The position numbers were made by a program, and so were the translations under genes. DNA of 64,000 bases, taken from contig JBKJTT010000068.1 of the NCBI GenBank assembly GCA_046590205.1, positions 4,819 through 68,818 of the forward strand. The letters run 5' to 3'. Positions 25,405-35,804 of the stretch are shown in pieces. The notes below the pieces were generated by a model that was not told where the DNA came from, made no database searches, and saw only the letters and a list, made by a program, of their open reading frames with translations. Each line of letters opens with the position of its first letter. The stretch's first letter is position 1. Source of the stretch: Candidatus Kapaibacterium sp. GTDB lineage: Bacteria; Bacteroidota; Ignavibacteria; Palsa-1295.

Positions 25405-28359
25405 ATGTTAAAAAAATATGGTTTTATTTTGAGTTGTGCCCTCCTTTCTGCGTTCGACCTCCCAGTAACAGCGCAAGAAGTAAAGGAAGCTGAAGTCCTG
25501 AAATCACCTTTCAAATCGACGAGTGAAATTGGTGCTTTCAAAGAGTTAAATCTTTACCCTGAAAGTATACGCCGCTCGAAGCCATTCGCACGGTATATGC
25601 ACCGATTCCAACGTGTCGCCGAAGTTAATGGTACGTACGATGCAGTTTCCAGATACGAATCATTTACCGAATCACAAGGACATTTGCTCCAGGCATCCTA
25701 TAAGCAAAGCAAGGGAGAAAATTCGATCTTTGCAGATGCGTGGGTAAATATTGGACCCTCGAACCGTGGCGGCTGCACAAAAGCACTTGCTATCGACCCC
25801 ACTAATGGTAATATAGTCTATGCCGGGGCAGCCGGAGGCGGTGTCTGGAAAACAACCAATGGCGGTTCTTCGTGGACAGCGCTTACTGATCTTGTCATCC
25901 CTGACCTTGCAACAGTATCCATTGCCATTGACCCAAGCAATACAAATACGATCTATGCCGGCTCTGGTGATGGTTCTCTCGCCACTGACGGGCTTGCAGG
26001 TACAGGGCTTTATAAGTCAACCAATGCAGGCGGCTCATGGACAAAGGTTGGCTCAACACAGCTTTCACGAACAGTGAACAAAGTACTTGTCCACCCGACG
26101 AACTCTAATGTTGTCTTTGCTTGCAACTTTGATGGTTCCGGTACGAACGGGAAAGGACTTTACCGTTCAACAAACGGTGGGACAAGTTTTACCAGAGTCC
26201 ACCCGACTACTAAAAATGCTGATGGTGTGATTTGGGATATTGTTCAAGGAGCAACGATCAGCGGCAAAACTATTTTCTATCTTGTCGAAGGAAATCTTGG
26301 CAATGGCACTTCAACAGAGTGCGGTATCTATAAATCAATTGATGACGGAGTCACGTGGGGTAAGCTTTTAACGACTACCCTTCCCGATGGCTCGCTCATC
26401 GGTAAAGCTGCGCTTGCTTGCCCTAAGGCAAACCTATCAAAACTCTATTGCTTCATGGCTACACCGGCTGGTAACTTACGCGGACTTTACCGCTCGACCG
26501 ACGGTGGCTCATCATTTAGTACCATCACCGTACCCAGCACCATCTTTTCTCCAAGCGGTGGGACCGGTCAAGGATGGTACGATCTCTGTATCGGAGTTTC
26601 TCCAAACTCAGGAGGTACAGGCGGAAATGATACCGTTCTCATCGGAGGCGTAGAAGCATATCGTACATATAACGGCGGTTCAACTTGGATCGCTTATAGC
26701 GACTACGACAATAACTCTGCTGTCCACGTTGATCATCATGCGATCGCATTCAATCCGGTTAGTTCAAAGCAGATATTTATTGGCAATGATGGCGGTATCT
26801 ATAAATCAACAAATACCGGCAGCTCGTGGAATTACACAAGCAATAATTACAACACTATGCGCTTTTACCACATCGGTCTTGATAAGACTGATTACAAAGC
26901 GACAATGGGCGGCAGTCAAGATCAGGGTACATGGCGCACGTATAGCGGTGGAAGTCCTTCATTCCGATTTGGTGGTGACGGATTCAACGTTATCATTGAT
27001 CCAACTATACCGAGTACGTATTATTGTGAGGGCCCTTATGGAGAGCTTTTCAGAATCACAGGCAATGGATTATTGACAACACCGATCAGTGGTTCCTCGT
27101 TTGAATCTGAATCGGCATGGGATACACCATTTATCATGGCTCCTAAGAGCAGTACCACTCTATATACCGGACGTACAAAGGTATGGAAAACAACAGACCA
27201 AGGCACTACCTGGACAGCGATATCTCCTGTCTTAAATGCCTCTCATATCCAAGCACTTGCTGTTTCTCCATCAAATAGTAATGTGATATTTGCCGGATTA
27301 ACAACAGGGCGCATCAAAAAAACTACGAATGGCGGTACCGATTGGACAGATGAAAATACGGGTACATCTGCAACGGTCGAATCGATCGTATGCCATCCTC
27401 GCGACAAGGACTGGGCACTGGTTTCGCTCAGTGCAACCTCAACAGCAACTCCACGTGTCATGCTCACTACCAATGGCGGTACTGATTGGACAAGCAAATC
27501 CGGTACAACAACTACAACACGTTTGCCGGGTGTACCTGTCAATCAAGTTGCACTTGACTCAACAGATCCCGCAAATATCTGGTATGCAGCAACAGACAAC
27601 GGGATGTATTACACACGCGACGCCGGTGCGACATGGTCAATTGCCGGTTCAGGTATAGGACTTTCGCCTTGTTGGGATGTGCAAGTTCATCCGAATAAGA
27701 TCACGATACGTGTCGGTACACATGGCAGAAGTATTTGGGAAGCAAATGCAAATATCCTTCCGGTAGAACTTACGAGTTTGACCGCCCGCCGTACGCTCAG
27801 CGGCACCGCACTTGCATGGGCTACTGAAAGCGAGACAACCAATAGCGGCTTCAAGGTGCAGCGCAGCTTTAACTACGATGAGTTCGAAGATATTGCCTTC
27901 ATCCCGGGGGCAGGCAACTCCAACATTCATCGCGATTATAGTTATCTTGACACCAAAATGGATGCCGGGTATTATATCTATCGCTTAAAACAAATTGATC
28001 TTGACGGCTCGGAACACTTATCGAATATCGTAGAAGTTCGCTATGGCACTGACGGGACTTCTCGACTTGACCAAAATTTCCCGAATCCATTTGTTATGAG
28101 CGTAAGCGGTTCTTCAACTACGAAGATACGTTTTGCACTTTCGACAAATGACAAAGCAACGCTTTCTATCTATTCAGTCACCGGAGATCATATCCGCACA
28201 CTCATGCGAGCTGAAGAGCTACCTGCCGGAGAACAGATAGTTAACTGGGATGGAAAAGATGAAAGTGGTGGTATGGTAGCAGATGGTGTCTATCAATACA
28301 CCCTTGAACTCGATAGCGGGACAAAGCTTTGGAATAAGATGGTTGTTCTAAAACAATAA
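25405..28359 (+). CDS. BNR/Asp-box repeat (sortilin/Vps10- or xyloglucanase-like) secreted protein with a T9SS C-terminal sorting domain
   Basis: Many S-x-D/N-G-G-x-S/T-W/F Asp-box repeats are present (STNGGTSFT, STDGGSSFS, TTNGGTDWT and others). The C-terminal sorting domain reads QNFPNPFVMSVSG...IYSVTGDHIRTL...GVYQYTLEL. Confidence 0.7.
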   Translation: MLKKYGFILSCALLSAFDLPVTAQEVKEAEVLKSPFKSTSEIGAFKELNLYPESIRRSKPFARYMHRFQRVAEVNGTYDAVSRYESFTESQGHLLQASYKQSKGENSIFADAWVNIGPSNRGGCTKALAIDPTNGNIVYAGAAGGGVWKTTNGGSSWTALTDLVIPDLATVSIAIDPSNTNTIYAGSGDGSLATDGLAGTGLYKSTNAGGSWTKVGSTQLSRTVNKVLVHPTNSNVVFACNFDGSGTNGKGLYRSTNGGTSFTRVHPTTKNADGVIWDIVQGATISGKTIFYLVEGNLGNGTSTECGIYKSIDDGVTWGKLLTTTLPDGSLIGKAALACPKANLSKLYCFMATPAGNLRGLYRSTDGGSSFSTITVPSTIFSPSGGTGQGWYDLCIGVSPNSGGTGGNDTVLIGGVEAYRTYNGGSTWIAYSDYDNNSAVHVDHHAIAFNPVSSKQIFIGNDGGIYKSTNTGSSWNYTSNNYNTMRFYHIGLDKTDYKATMGGSQDQGTWRTYSGGSPSFRFGGDGFNVIIDPTIPSTYYCEGPYGELFRITGNGLLTTPISGSSFESESAWDTPFIMAPKSSTTLYTGRTKVWKTTDQGTTWTAISPVLNASHIQALAVSPSNSNVIFAGLTTGRIKKTTNGGTDWTDENTGTSATVESIVCHPRDKDWALVSLSATSTATPRVMLTTNGGTDWTSKSGTTTTTRLPGVPVNQVALDSTDPANIWYAATDNGMYYTRDAGATWSIAGSGIGLSPCWDVQVHPNKITIRVGTHGRSIWEANANILPVELTSLTARRTLSGTALAWATESETTNSGFKVQRSFNYDEFEDIAFIPGAGNSNIHRDYSYLDTKMDAGYYIYRLKQIDLDGSEHLSNIVEVRYGTDGTSRLDQNFPNPFVMSVSGSSTTKIRFALSTNDKATLSIYSVTGDHIRTLMRAEELPAGEQIVNWDGKDESGGMVADGVYQYTLELDSGTKLWNKMVVLKQ

Positions 28360-28365
28360 TTAGTA

Positions 28366-28391
28366 AAGAGGTCAGCTTCGGCTGACCTCTT
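28366..28391 (+). terminator. Terminator-like hairpin after the BNR gene
   Basis: aagaggtcagc ttcg gctgacctctt forms an 11-bp perfect stem with a ttcg tetraloop, followed by a weak T-run (ggtttg). Confidence 0.45.
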
Positions 28392-28394
28392 GGT

Positions 28395-29435
28395 TTGAGA
28401 GTAGCAGCGATGAACACACAACGGCTTGACATCATAAACATTGGTCTGATGCTGCTCTCGTTCGGCTCGGCGTTGCTGTTCCCTGCCGAAACATTTCTTG
28501 TTGCTATTATGATTCTTGGACCGTTGCATTATCTTACTGAAATGCCATGGCTTGAGAAGAAGGGGTTCTTCATTCCTTCAAAAAAGATGGTATGGCTGCT
28601 TGTAGGAATGGGAGTACTCATTATTTTTCTGCAATTTGGGAAAGATCTACTCCCTGAAGGAAGCGGTAAGTGGACATTCCGAACAATGGGCATGTTAGCT
28701 GGAGCATGTTTCCTCGTAGCGTTTTCGCTTACAATGTTCAAGAAGTTATCTTTAATACTAGTCGCTCTTGTTGTCATTCTTATTGCTTCATGGTTTCTTT
28801 CCGAATCACCACAATATACACAGCTTTTTCTAAATCTATTCCCTACACTTATCCATGTCTTCATTTTTACGAGTGCATTTATCCTTTTCGGCGCGCTCAA
28901 ACATAAAAGTAAAACCGGAATCGCTTCACTTCTTGTTTACACAGTATGCACGGCGTTGATATTCCTTTTTACTCCAAGTGCTTCAGATGCAACCCTTAAT
29001 CCGACTGTCATTAATCTATATTACTATCAAGCGGATATACACATGAGCTTGGTCTCGATACTTAACTTCCCTACTATCGGTCCGGATAATTATGATTTGG
29101 ATAATCTCATTTTCTATTCGCCTGCGGGAATAACAGTAATGAGATTTATTGCCTTTACCTACATGTATCACTTCCTCAACTGGTTCTCAAAAACATCTAT
29201 TATCAAGTGGCATGAAAATAGTCGGTTCGTCCTTGTAGGAGTGTTTAGTGTTTGGATTGGTGTGCTCATATTATATTGGATCGATCTATCGTTGAGTTTG
29301 AATATCATCTACGTACTGGGTATCTTCCATGTGATACTTGAGTACCCTCTCAATCACCGATCGTTCGTTGGTATTGGTCAAGAGCTCAGGAAGCTCTTTG
29401 CCGGTGGTTCGCTCACACCTGCCGATTCGCGATAA
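28395..29435 (+). CDS. Hypothetical polytopic membrane protein
   Basis: About 9-10 hydrophobic segments are visible. The motifs HYLTEM and FHVILEYPLNHRSF may mark an intramembrane enzyme, but no family could be assigned. The start could instead be the internal ATG at 28410. Confidence 0.5.
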   Translation: MRVAAMNTQRLDIINIGLMLLSFGSALLFPAETFLVAIMILGPLHYLTEMPWLEKKGFFIPSKKMVWLLVGMGVLIIFLQFGKDLLPEGSGKWTFRTMGMLAGACFLVAFSLTMFKKLSLILVALVVILIASWFLSESPQYTQLFLNLFPTLIHVFIFTSAFILFGALKHKSKTGIASLLVYTVCTALIFLFTPSASDATLNPTVINLYYYQADIHMSLVSILNFPTIGPDNYDLDNLIFYSPAGITVMRFIAFTYMYHFLNWFSKTSIIKWHENSRFVLVGVFSVWIGVLILYWIDLSLSLNIIYVLGIFHVILEYPLNHRSFVGIGQELRKLFAGGSLTPADSR

Positions 29436-29484
29436 AAGGAAATACTTCCTGCGTATATCGGGTTTTCTATACGAGCAATTTACT

Positions 29485-32400
29485 GTGACGATTAAGGTCA
29501 TATATCGCCCGTTACTCCTTCTACTTCTGCAGATAACTACCATGTTTGCTGGGGTTACCTTTATCTACGGACAAGGGAGAGTCGTTCGCATTCAGCCCGA
29601 CGCGATAGCTGCGGGAATGACCGTTGCATTTGAGTTATTCGCTCTGGAAAAAGATTCAGGCACATTTGGTGCTGATGGTATCTATCTCCCCGATCAAAAG
29701 ATACAACTTGTAAACCCTTCCGATACCACAAGAGCAATTTTCGGACCCGTCGTCGTTAGTTGGAAAGGTCGTCTAATACAGATGCCTGTGACAATTAGCG
29801 AAACCACTCCGCAAGGGCAAATTCAGTTTCGTATTAAAAATGGTGCGTCGGTAAGTCCGTTCATTACATTTTTTCGGATCGTTGGACTCGATCCGAAAGT
29901 GACAGTATCAGGCAGCGCGGTCATAGGTGACCCATTCACAGGAATCGGCAAATTTACTCCCGGGAATACGATGGTCGTCGAAGGTTTGGAGATAACATCA
30001 ACCTCGCTAACTGATAATGTTACTTTTTCTACGTATCACATAGACAGCAACGGAAACCCACGTTTTCATCCTGTTATCATTCTCTCGAAGGGACCGATCA
30101 CGATCTCCAACTCAAGACTTTCTCTCAGTGCCGATTCACTCAATGGTGGACCCGGAGGGGGTGGGGGTGGGGGTGGATTTGCACGGACAGGCGGTGCAGG
30201 GTTTACCGGAGGAGGAAGCGACAGCGGAATAACTATTATGAACGTAGGATCGGGTGACGGACCAAGTTTTCAAATCGATGGTTCTTACACCGGCGGAGCA
30301 TCACTAACGGGTGCTTTGGGTGGAGTTAGTGACTTTTCAGATCAAGGTGGTGGTGGTGGAACAGGATCACCATTTGGATCAAGCGGAAAAAGCGGAAGGG
30401 AAAATAGTTTATCTCCTAAAGGTGGGTATGGTGGTGGCTCAGCTGGCGGAGAAGAATTGAATCTACCATACGGCGGCGGCGGCGGCGGCTACGCAACAAA
30501 AGGTGAGAGTGGCAAAGGGGGAGGAGACAATGGTGGGAACATCAATGGCGGCAGATTTCTTGTTCCGCTGCAAGGTGGTTCCGGAGGCGGCGCAGGCAAT
30601 TGTTACGAATGTATTGATTCACTTACAGGTTCAGGCGGCGGGGGCGGCGGGGGATTAACAATCATCAGCTTCGCAAGTATTAATGTAAACGCTTCGAAGA
30701 TACTATCGAATGGGAATATGGGTACAAACGCACCAGAACGACTACAAGCCGGTGGTGGAGGTGGCTCCGGGGGTGCTCTATATCTTACAGCACGAGCAAA
30801 AGTAATCTTTTTGTCAGCAATGCTTCAGAGTCAAGGCGGCAATGGCGGACTCGGAGGAATTGATATAGAAGAAGCATCACGCGGAGGGAATGGCGGAGAT
30901 GGCTTGATTCGTGTCGACGGCGATACATCTTTTGTCGCAAGCTCATTTGATGCCGGTATCATTGCTTCAGGTCCTACCGTACACATCCCAACGAGTCCGG
31001 TATCTGCGGTCGGTTTACAAATTATCGGTACTGCGGGAAACATGATGGGACTGAAAGATTCTATCCGTATCTACTACCGCTCCTCCCGTTCATCATGGAA
31101 ATTCGTTGATACGGTTCGCATCACCGATACCCGCTGGCAAAAATATATTCAGTCTGATTTTGATTCGGTACTCTATGTGACAGTCCTACAAAGGACTGAA
31201 GACCCGCAACGAAGATTTGCAAACTACGAACCGGAGTGGCTGCTATCGCATTTATCAAGTGGTATCATCAAGGTTATTCCACGTCCACGTCTCGTTTATT
31301 CTCCTGATACCGTTCGCACGGGATGCATAAAACTTGACTCATGCGGTTCGAGCACAGTCTATTTAAACAATGTAGGTTCTCTTCCAGTCACGATAGACTC
31401 TCTTAGTATATCCAATCCTGATTTTACGATTATCTCTAATCCTACTTCGATTCGCCAATTTTCACGCGATAGCATTACCATAAATTACTGCCCAAAAAAA
31501 GCAGGGCAAGATACGGCAATACTCTCGCTTTTTACAAATGATTCGTCAAGGCAGATTGTCGTTATCGGCTGCGGCACAAACAAAGATTTGCGTATCACGA
31601 TTATTACATCAATCCATCATTTTGGCAGACGGAAAGTTGATTCTTGTTATACTGTAAAGATCACTATTAAGTCTGATGGTCAAGATACTGTCACCATTGA
31701 CCCAAAAGAATTTACGAACGGCCAGTTTACAGTTCTATCGCCAACATCACCAATCAAACTTGGAAAAGGGCAAAGTGATACAATAGTTATTCAGTATTGT
31801 CCAACTGACACCGGCTTCGTTCGCTCCTCTGTAATTATAACGGAGCAACGGGATTCTATCGTCGTCACAGGCACCGGAATACTGAAGAAAATATCAGCGG
31901 TCGATACACTGAATCTGGGAGTGCTATGTAATGGCAAATGCTTTGATACCACAATTACAATTACATCAAGCGGAAATGAGCCGGTCCGTGTGGATTCTAT
32001 CAATGGGGCAACGATACTATTATCTCAACTCCCCATAACTCTTCAACCTGAGCAGCAGACAGATATTCGCATACGTATCTGTCCCGATTCGATCACGCAA
32101 ACACAAAAGAGGATTAGCTTTATCGGTGATGCAGATTTTTCGCAATCTACTCTATCTGTATTTTTACTTTCATCGCCAAATCTTACACTTACCCAACCAC
32201 TTGAATTCAAGGGAATCTGTATCGGTGGTAAGGATACGATAGTCCGAAGCTTTGTTAACCGAACAGGTACTAATTTAGCTGTAAATTCCGCGTCGCTTCA
32301 CGGAAGTTCAGGGATAACATCCTCTGCGATTTCTACACCGACATCATTACCGAGTGATGATTCTGTGCGGATTGAGTTTTACTTTGATCCTGCTACACCG

Positions 32401-33483
32401 GAAGCATATAGCGACACTCTTGAGTTTGCCGTCTCATCAAACGGCTGCGATACTGTTCTATCGTATATCATTACGGGTTTTGCATCAAATGGTGAGCCGT
32501 TATTCTCGCGCAAGGAAATAGATTTTGGAACAGTCGATACAGGAGACTGCACAACTAACCTACTTATCATCAGCAATGTATGTCTCTCGCCGATAACAGT
32601 TAATGTTCCTACACTATCGGGAAGATTTAGTTTAATCTCATCTCAATCGTCCCCTCTCCAGATAAGCGGAGGCGAAAGCGATACTCTTATCTATCAATAC
32701 TGCCCAAACACAGATACTGGTGATTCATTATCTGTAAACTTCACCGATGGTTTAGGCACAAACTATCCCGTGACTTTCAGAGGAAAAGGACTAGTAAAGA
32801 CATCACAACCACACGTATATATCCATTTGCCAATTAGCAAAGCTGTTTCCGGAACAGCGTTCGACTATATCGTATCAATTGATAGTGCGAGAGATATTGT
32901 CCGTCTTGATTCGTTTGTCGTTACGCTAACGTATGACCCAATCGTTGTTCAGCCGATGAGTATTGCATCAGGACAAATAGGAAGTATCAAACGTGGCAGC
33001 GAGACTACGCCCGGTGTTTATACTTTTGCAGTTGAGAACATTCAGATAGAACCTGCGAGGTCAATCGCATCTATTACAATGATGCCACTTCTCTCGAAGC
33101 ATACATCAACACCTGTAATTGCTACAGCTTCGCTACCATATCCGAATGCTGCTCTTACAATAAATGAAGGACGTATCGATGTTGAGCGATGTGAAGATCC
33201 GCCACAGAATATCGTCATACCCGGAGATTTTTCTTTTGAGCTACCTACTCCTAATCCAACAAACGCGAACATACTACTCTCGTTTGAAACAGGAGCTGAA
33301 GGGATAGCGAATATCTCTGTTTCAAATTCATCAGGAAGTGTTGTTTTGGAGAAGAGTGTTGCGGCAAAAAAAGGTTTGAATGAATATCATCTTGATCTCT
33401 CATCGTTGCCATCGGGCAGATATTCTGTTGCGATAGATTCATGGGGATGGCGCGAGACCAAGCCCGTGGTAATTATAAAATAA
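29485..33483 (+). CDS. Giant secreted protein with, in order, a long Gly-rich (probable beta-helical) region, Ig-like repeats, a cohesin-like domain and a T9SS C-terminal sorting domain
   Basis: The track ORF 29338..33483 overlaps the upstream membrane-protein gene. The likely start is the GTG at 29485, giving a signal-like N-terminus (IYRPLLLLLLQITTMFAGVTFIYGQG); the ATG at 29542 is an alternative. The Gly-rich block is encoded at about 30140-30920 (GGPGGGGGGGGFARTGGAGFTGGGS...GGNGGDGLIRVDGD). Ig-like and cohesin-like domains follow. The sorting domain reads ELPTPNPTNANILLSFE...GRYSVAIDS. Confidence 0.65.
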   Translation: MTIKVIYRPLLLLLLQITTMFAGVTFIYGQGRVVRIQPDAIAAGMTVAFELFALEKDSGTFGADGIYLPDQKIQLVNPSDTTRAIFGPVVVSWKGRLIQMPVTISETTPQGQIQFRIKNGASVSPFITFFRIVGLDPKVTVSGSAVIGDPFTGIGKFTPGNTMVVEGLEITSTSLTDNVTFSTYHIDSNGNPRFHPVIILSKGPITISNSRLSLSADSLNGGPGGGGGGGGFARTGGAGFTGGGSDSGITIMNVGSGDGPSFQIDGSYTGGASLTGALGGVSDFSDQGGGGGTGSPFGSSGKSGRENSLSPKGGYGGGSAGGEELNLPYGGGGGGYATKGESGKGGGDNGGNINGGRFLVPLQGGSGGGAGNCYECIDSLTGSGGGGGGGLTIISFASINVNASKILSNGNMGTNAPERLQAGGGGGSGGALYLTARAKVIFLSAMLQSQGGNGGLGGIDIEEASRGGNGGDGLIRVDGDTSFVASSFDAGIIASGPTVHIPTSPVSAVGLQIIGTAGNMMGLKDSIRIYYRSSRSSWKFVDTVRITDTRWQKYIQSDFDSVLYVTVLQRTEDPQRRFANYEPEWLLSHLSSGIIKVIPRPRLVYSPDTVRTGCIKLDSCGSSTVYLNNVGSLPVTIDSLSISNPDFTIISNPTSIRQFSRDSITINYCPKKAGQDTAILSLFTNDSSRQIVVIGCGTNKDLRITIITSIHHFGRRKVDSCYTVKITIKSDGQDTVTIDPKEFTNGQFTVLSPTSPIKLGKGQSDTIVIQYCPTDTGFVRSSVIITEQRDSIVVTGTGILKKISAVDTLNLGVLCNGKCFDTTITITSSGNEPVRVDSINGATILLSQLPITLQPEQQTDIRIRICPDSITQTQKRISFIGDADFSQSTLSVFLLSSPNLTLTQPLEFKGICIGGKDTIVRSFVNRTGTNLAVNSASLHGSSGITSSAISTPTSLPSDDSVRIEFYFDPATPEAYSDTLEFAVSSNGCDTVLSYIITGFASNGEPLFSRKEIDFGTVDTGDCTTNLLIISNVCLSPITVNVPTLSGRFSLISSQSSPLQISGGESDTLIYQYCPNTDTGDSLSVNFTDGLGTNYPVTFRGKGLVKTSQPHVYIHLPISKAVSGTAFDYIVSIDSARDIVRLDSFVVTLTYDPIVVQPMSIASGQIGSIKRGSETTPGVYTFAVENIQIEPARSIASITMMPLLSKHTSTPVIATASLPYPNAALTINEGRIDVERCEDPPQNIVIPGDFSFELPTPNPTNANILLSFETGAEGIANISVSNSSGSVVLEKSVAAKKGLNEYHLDLSSLPSGRYSVAIDSWGWRETKPVVIIK

Positions 33484-33488
33484 GTTTG

Positions 33489-34451
33489 ATGGAAACATTA
33501 GCAACCTGGAAACACGGCTTTACGCCGAACCGAGTTACATTTGAATCATTACGATTAGGCAATTCATCGCTTGACGCTGTCGAATCAGGAGCGCGCAATT
33601 GCGAAGCAGATGAAACGTGCATGTCAGTCGGCAGAGGCGGGATACCCGATGATATGGGTATCGTCTCACTCGATGCATCCATTATGGATCATGGAGGAAA
33701 CTGCGGAGCTGTTACATTCGTCGAACATTACTTACATCCCATTTCCATTGCGCGCCGCGTCATGGAGAAGACTCCGCACATTATGTTATCAGGCAAAGGT
33801 GCAGAGCTATTTGCCGAGCGCGAAGGATTCACGAGAGACGAACTCCTGACCGATGCCGCAAAAAAACTTTACGATAAGTGGAAGTCGCTCCCCAAAGGCG
33901 GATTGAATGTTCGTCTGCGCCGCTCGACCGAAGGTGAGCATGAATATGTTTTTGAATACACCGAGGGAGGCATAAAGCATGAGCTTTCACGAGAGATACT
34001 CAACGAGTCTCATGACACGATAGGCATCATTGCGCGAGATAAGAACGGCAAGCTTGCCGGGGCGTGCACCACCTCGGGACTTGCATTCAAGATGCACGGC
34101 AGAGTCGGCGATTCACCTATCATTGGTGCGGGTCTCTACGTTGATGGTGAAGTAGGTGCGGCGGTAGCAACAGGTAACGGCGAACTCGTGATGCGAGCTT
34201 GCTCCGCATTTCATATCGTTGAGCAGCTTCGTCAAGGAGTTGAGCCGAATGTAGCACTTGATAACGCTATCGCAAGAATGCACAAAGACAAACATTTGAC
34301 TGACGACATGCAAGTCGGCGTAATGCTGCTTCGATCTGATGGTGTATGGTCTGCACGAAGTTTACGCGAAGGATTTCAGCTTGCTGTTGCGAGTGACGGC
34401 AAGGAAAACACACTCTATAATTGTAACAACACATCATTCTCACAGGTATGA
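33489..34451 (+). CDS. Ntn-hydrolase asparaginase family 2 (isoaspartyl peptidase / glycosylasparaginase-like)
   Basis: HDTIGIIARDKNGKLAGACTTSG...GRVGDSPIIGAGLYVDGEVGAAVATGNGE contains the autoproteolytic Thr motif region. The start is set at the ATG at 33489 (METLATW). Confidence 0.75.
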   Translation: METLATWKHGFTPNRVTFESLRLGNSSLDAVESGARNCEADETCMSVGRGGIPDDMGIVSLDASIMDHGGNCGAVTFVEHYLHPISIARRVMEKTPHIMLSGKGAELFAEREGFTRDELLTDAAKKLYDKWKSLPKGGLNVRLRRSTEGEHEYVFEYTEGGIKHELSREILNESHDTIGIIARDKNGKLAGACTTSGLAFKMHGRVGDSPIIGAGLYVDGEVGAAVATGNGELVMRACSAFHIVEQLRQGVEPNVALDNAIARMHKDKHLTDDMQVGVMLLRSDGVWSARSLREGFQLAVASDGKENTLYNCNNTSFSQV

Positions 34452-35179
34452 CGGTACTTATCACAGGCGCGGGACGTGGCATTGGTAGAGCAATAGCATT
34501 AGCACTTACTGCCGCAGGTCATACTGCGATACTTACCGCTCGCACAACGACTGAACTTGAAGGCGTTAAACAAGAGATAGAGTCGAAGAACGGAAAAGCA
34601 TTTATCTACCTATGTGACATCACTTCGAAAGAATCTCTGACTTCCCTGCTTGCTTCAGTAAAGAATGATGTCGGCAATGTTGATATACTTATTAATAATG
34701 CAGGGATTGCCGAATCGGCGAAACTTGAAGATACGTCAGATGAATTCTGGCAAAAAACGTTCGCCGTCAATGTTGACGCACCGTTCTTCCTTGCTCGCGC
34801 AGTTGTACCTGACATGAAAAAGAATGGGAAAGGTGTAATAATCAATATTGCTTCGACCGCCGCACTTGAGGGCTTTAATTATACGTCTGCATACACCGCT
34901 TCCAAGCATGCACTCCTTGGCTTATCTCGTGCTCTCGCGGTAGAACTTCGCAAAAGCAACATCTCTGTCCATACTATCTGTCCTGGATTTGTCCGGACTG
35001 ATATACTCGCAAAGAGCGTCGAGAATATCACTAAACGCACAGGCAAATCAAGCTCGGATGCCGAAGCAGAGCTTGGCAAGATGAATGCTTCGGGCAAAAT
35101 CATCGAACCCGAAGAAGTCGCACACATTGTTCTTGGTATTATTTCAGGTGCAAATACGAGCGAGCTTATAACTCTCTAA
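34448..35179 (+). CDS. SDR-family oxidoreductase
   Basis: The TGAGRGIG Rossmann motif and the NNAG and YTASKHAL catalytic motifs are present. The gene overlaps the upstream stop by 4 bp. Confidence 0.8.
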   Translation: MTVLITGAGRGIGRAIALALTAAGHTAILTARTTTELEGVKQEIESKNGKAFIYLCDITSKESLTSLLASVKNDVGNVDILINNAGIAESAKLEDTSDEFWQKTFAVNVDAPFFLARAVVPDMKKNGKGVIINIASTAALEGFNYTSAYTASKHALLGLSRALAVELRKSNISVHTICPGFVRTDILAKSVENITKRTGKSSSDAEAELGKMNASGKIIEPEEVAHIVLGIISGANTSELITL

Positions 35180-35182
35180 ACT

Positions 35183-35794
35183 ATGCTTGACATACGTACA
35201 GAAGCCATCGTAAAAGCATCGGTGCTTGCATCGCGTCCATCATACCGTGATGGATTGCGTCTGCATCTTGCGAAAGTAAAAGCTGATGCACTTGCAACAC
35301 GTGAAGAACTTTATGAAGCATTCTTACAACTTTATCTCTTTGCAGGTTTTCCGTCTGCACTTGAGGCAAGCCGCGCACTTTTGAGACTATTCCCAGTCGA
35401 TAAGAATGATGTAAGTAGAGATATTACTTCGTACTACACTGTCGAATCATTTGCTCGTCAAGGCGAAGAACTCTATAAAAAAGTGTATGCTGCAAATCAT
35501 AATGTCGTCAAGCAAGGGCTTATCGATATTTCGCCCGAGCTTGCCGCATGGGCACTTGTTGAAGGATATGGGAAGACATTATCACGCCCGAATCTGGATA
35601 CCAAAACCCGAGAGCTTGCTATTGTTGCTATTCTTACGCAGCTTGAATGGGATAGACAGCTTTTCTCGCATATACTCGGCTCACGAAACGTCGGAGCTAC
35701 AAGTCGGGAGATAACTGAAGCTGCAAGAATAGGTGCGAACGGCGACGTAAAGAAGTTTGAAATTGCGGAACAACTCATCCAAAAAATCACTTAA
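35183..35794 (+). CDS. Carboxymuconolactone decarboxylase (CMD/AhpD-like) family protein
   Basis: The all-helical sequence resembles CMD-family proteins (ELAAWALVEGYGKTLSRPNLDTKTRELAIVAILT). It has no CxxH motif, so it is not an AhpD peroxidase type. Confidence 0.45.
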   Translation: MLDIRTEAIVKASVLASRPSYRDGLRLHLAKVKADALATREELYEAFLQLYLFAGFPSALEASRALLRLFPVDKNDVSRDITSYYTVESFARQGEELYKKVYAANHNVVKQGLIDISPELAAWALVEGYGKTLSRPNLDTKTRELAIVAILTQLEWDRQLFSHILGSRNVGATSREITEAARIGANGDVKKFEIAEQLIQKIT

Positions 35795-35804
35795 AACACC
35801 CGCA

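Noticed and set aside
28395-28412. A possible alternative start for the membrane protein (MNTQRL at 28410 versus MRVAAM at 28395).
   Set aside because: This was not resolved. Both are in frame and 5 codons apart, so the longer ORF is kept, with the uncertainty noted in the feature.
29338-29484. The track's 5' extension of the giant Gly-rich gene (start at 29338), overlapping the upstream membrane-protein gene by about 100 bp.
   Set aside because: The extension has no signal peptide and lies inside another gene's 3' end. A GTG at 29485 gives a hydrophobic signal-like N-terminus immediately before the mature region; the ATG at 29542 is the fallback.
30140-30920. A highly repetitive DNA stretch (ggtgg/ggcgg runs) that could be mistaken for a tandem-repeat or CRISPR-like array.
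   Set aside because: The repeats are irregular and in-frame Gly codons within a continuous ORF. There are no spacer/repeat periodicity, leader or cas genes.
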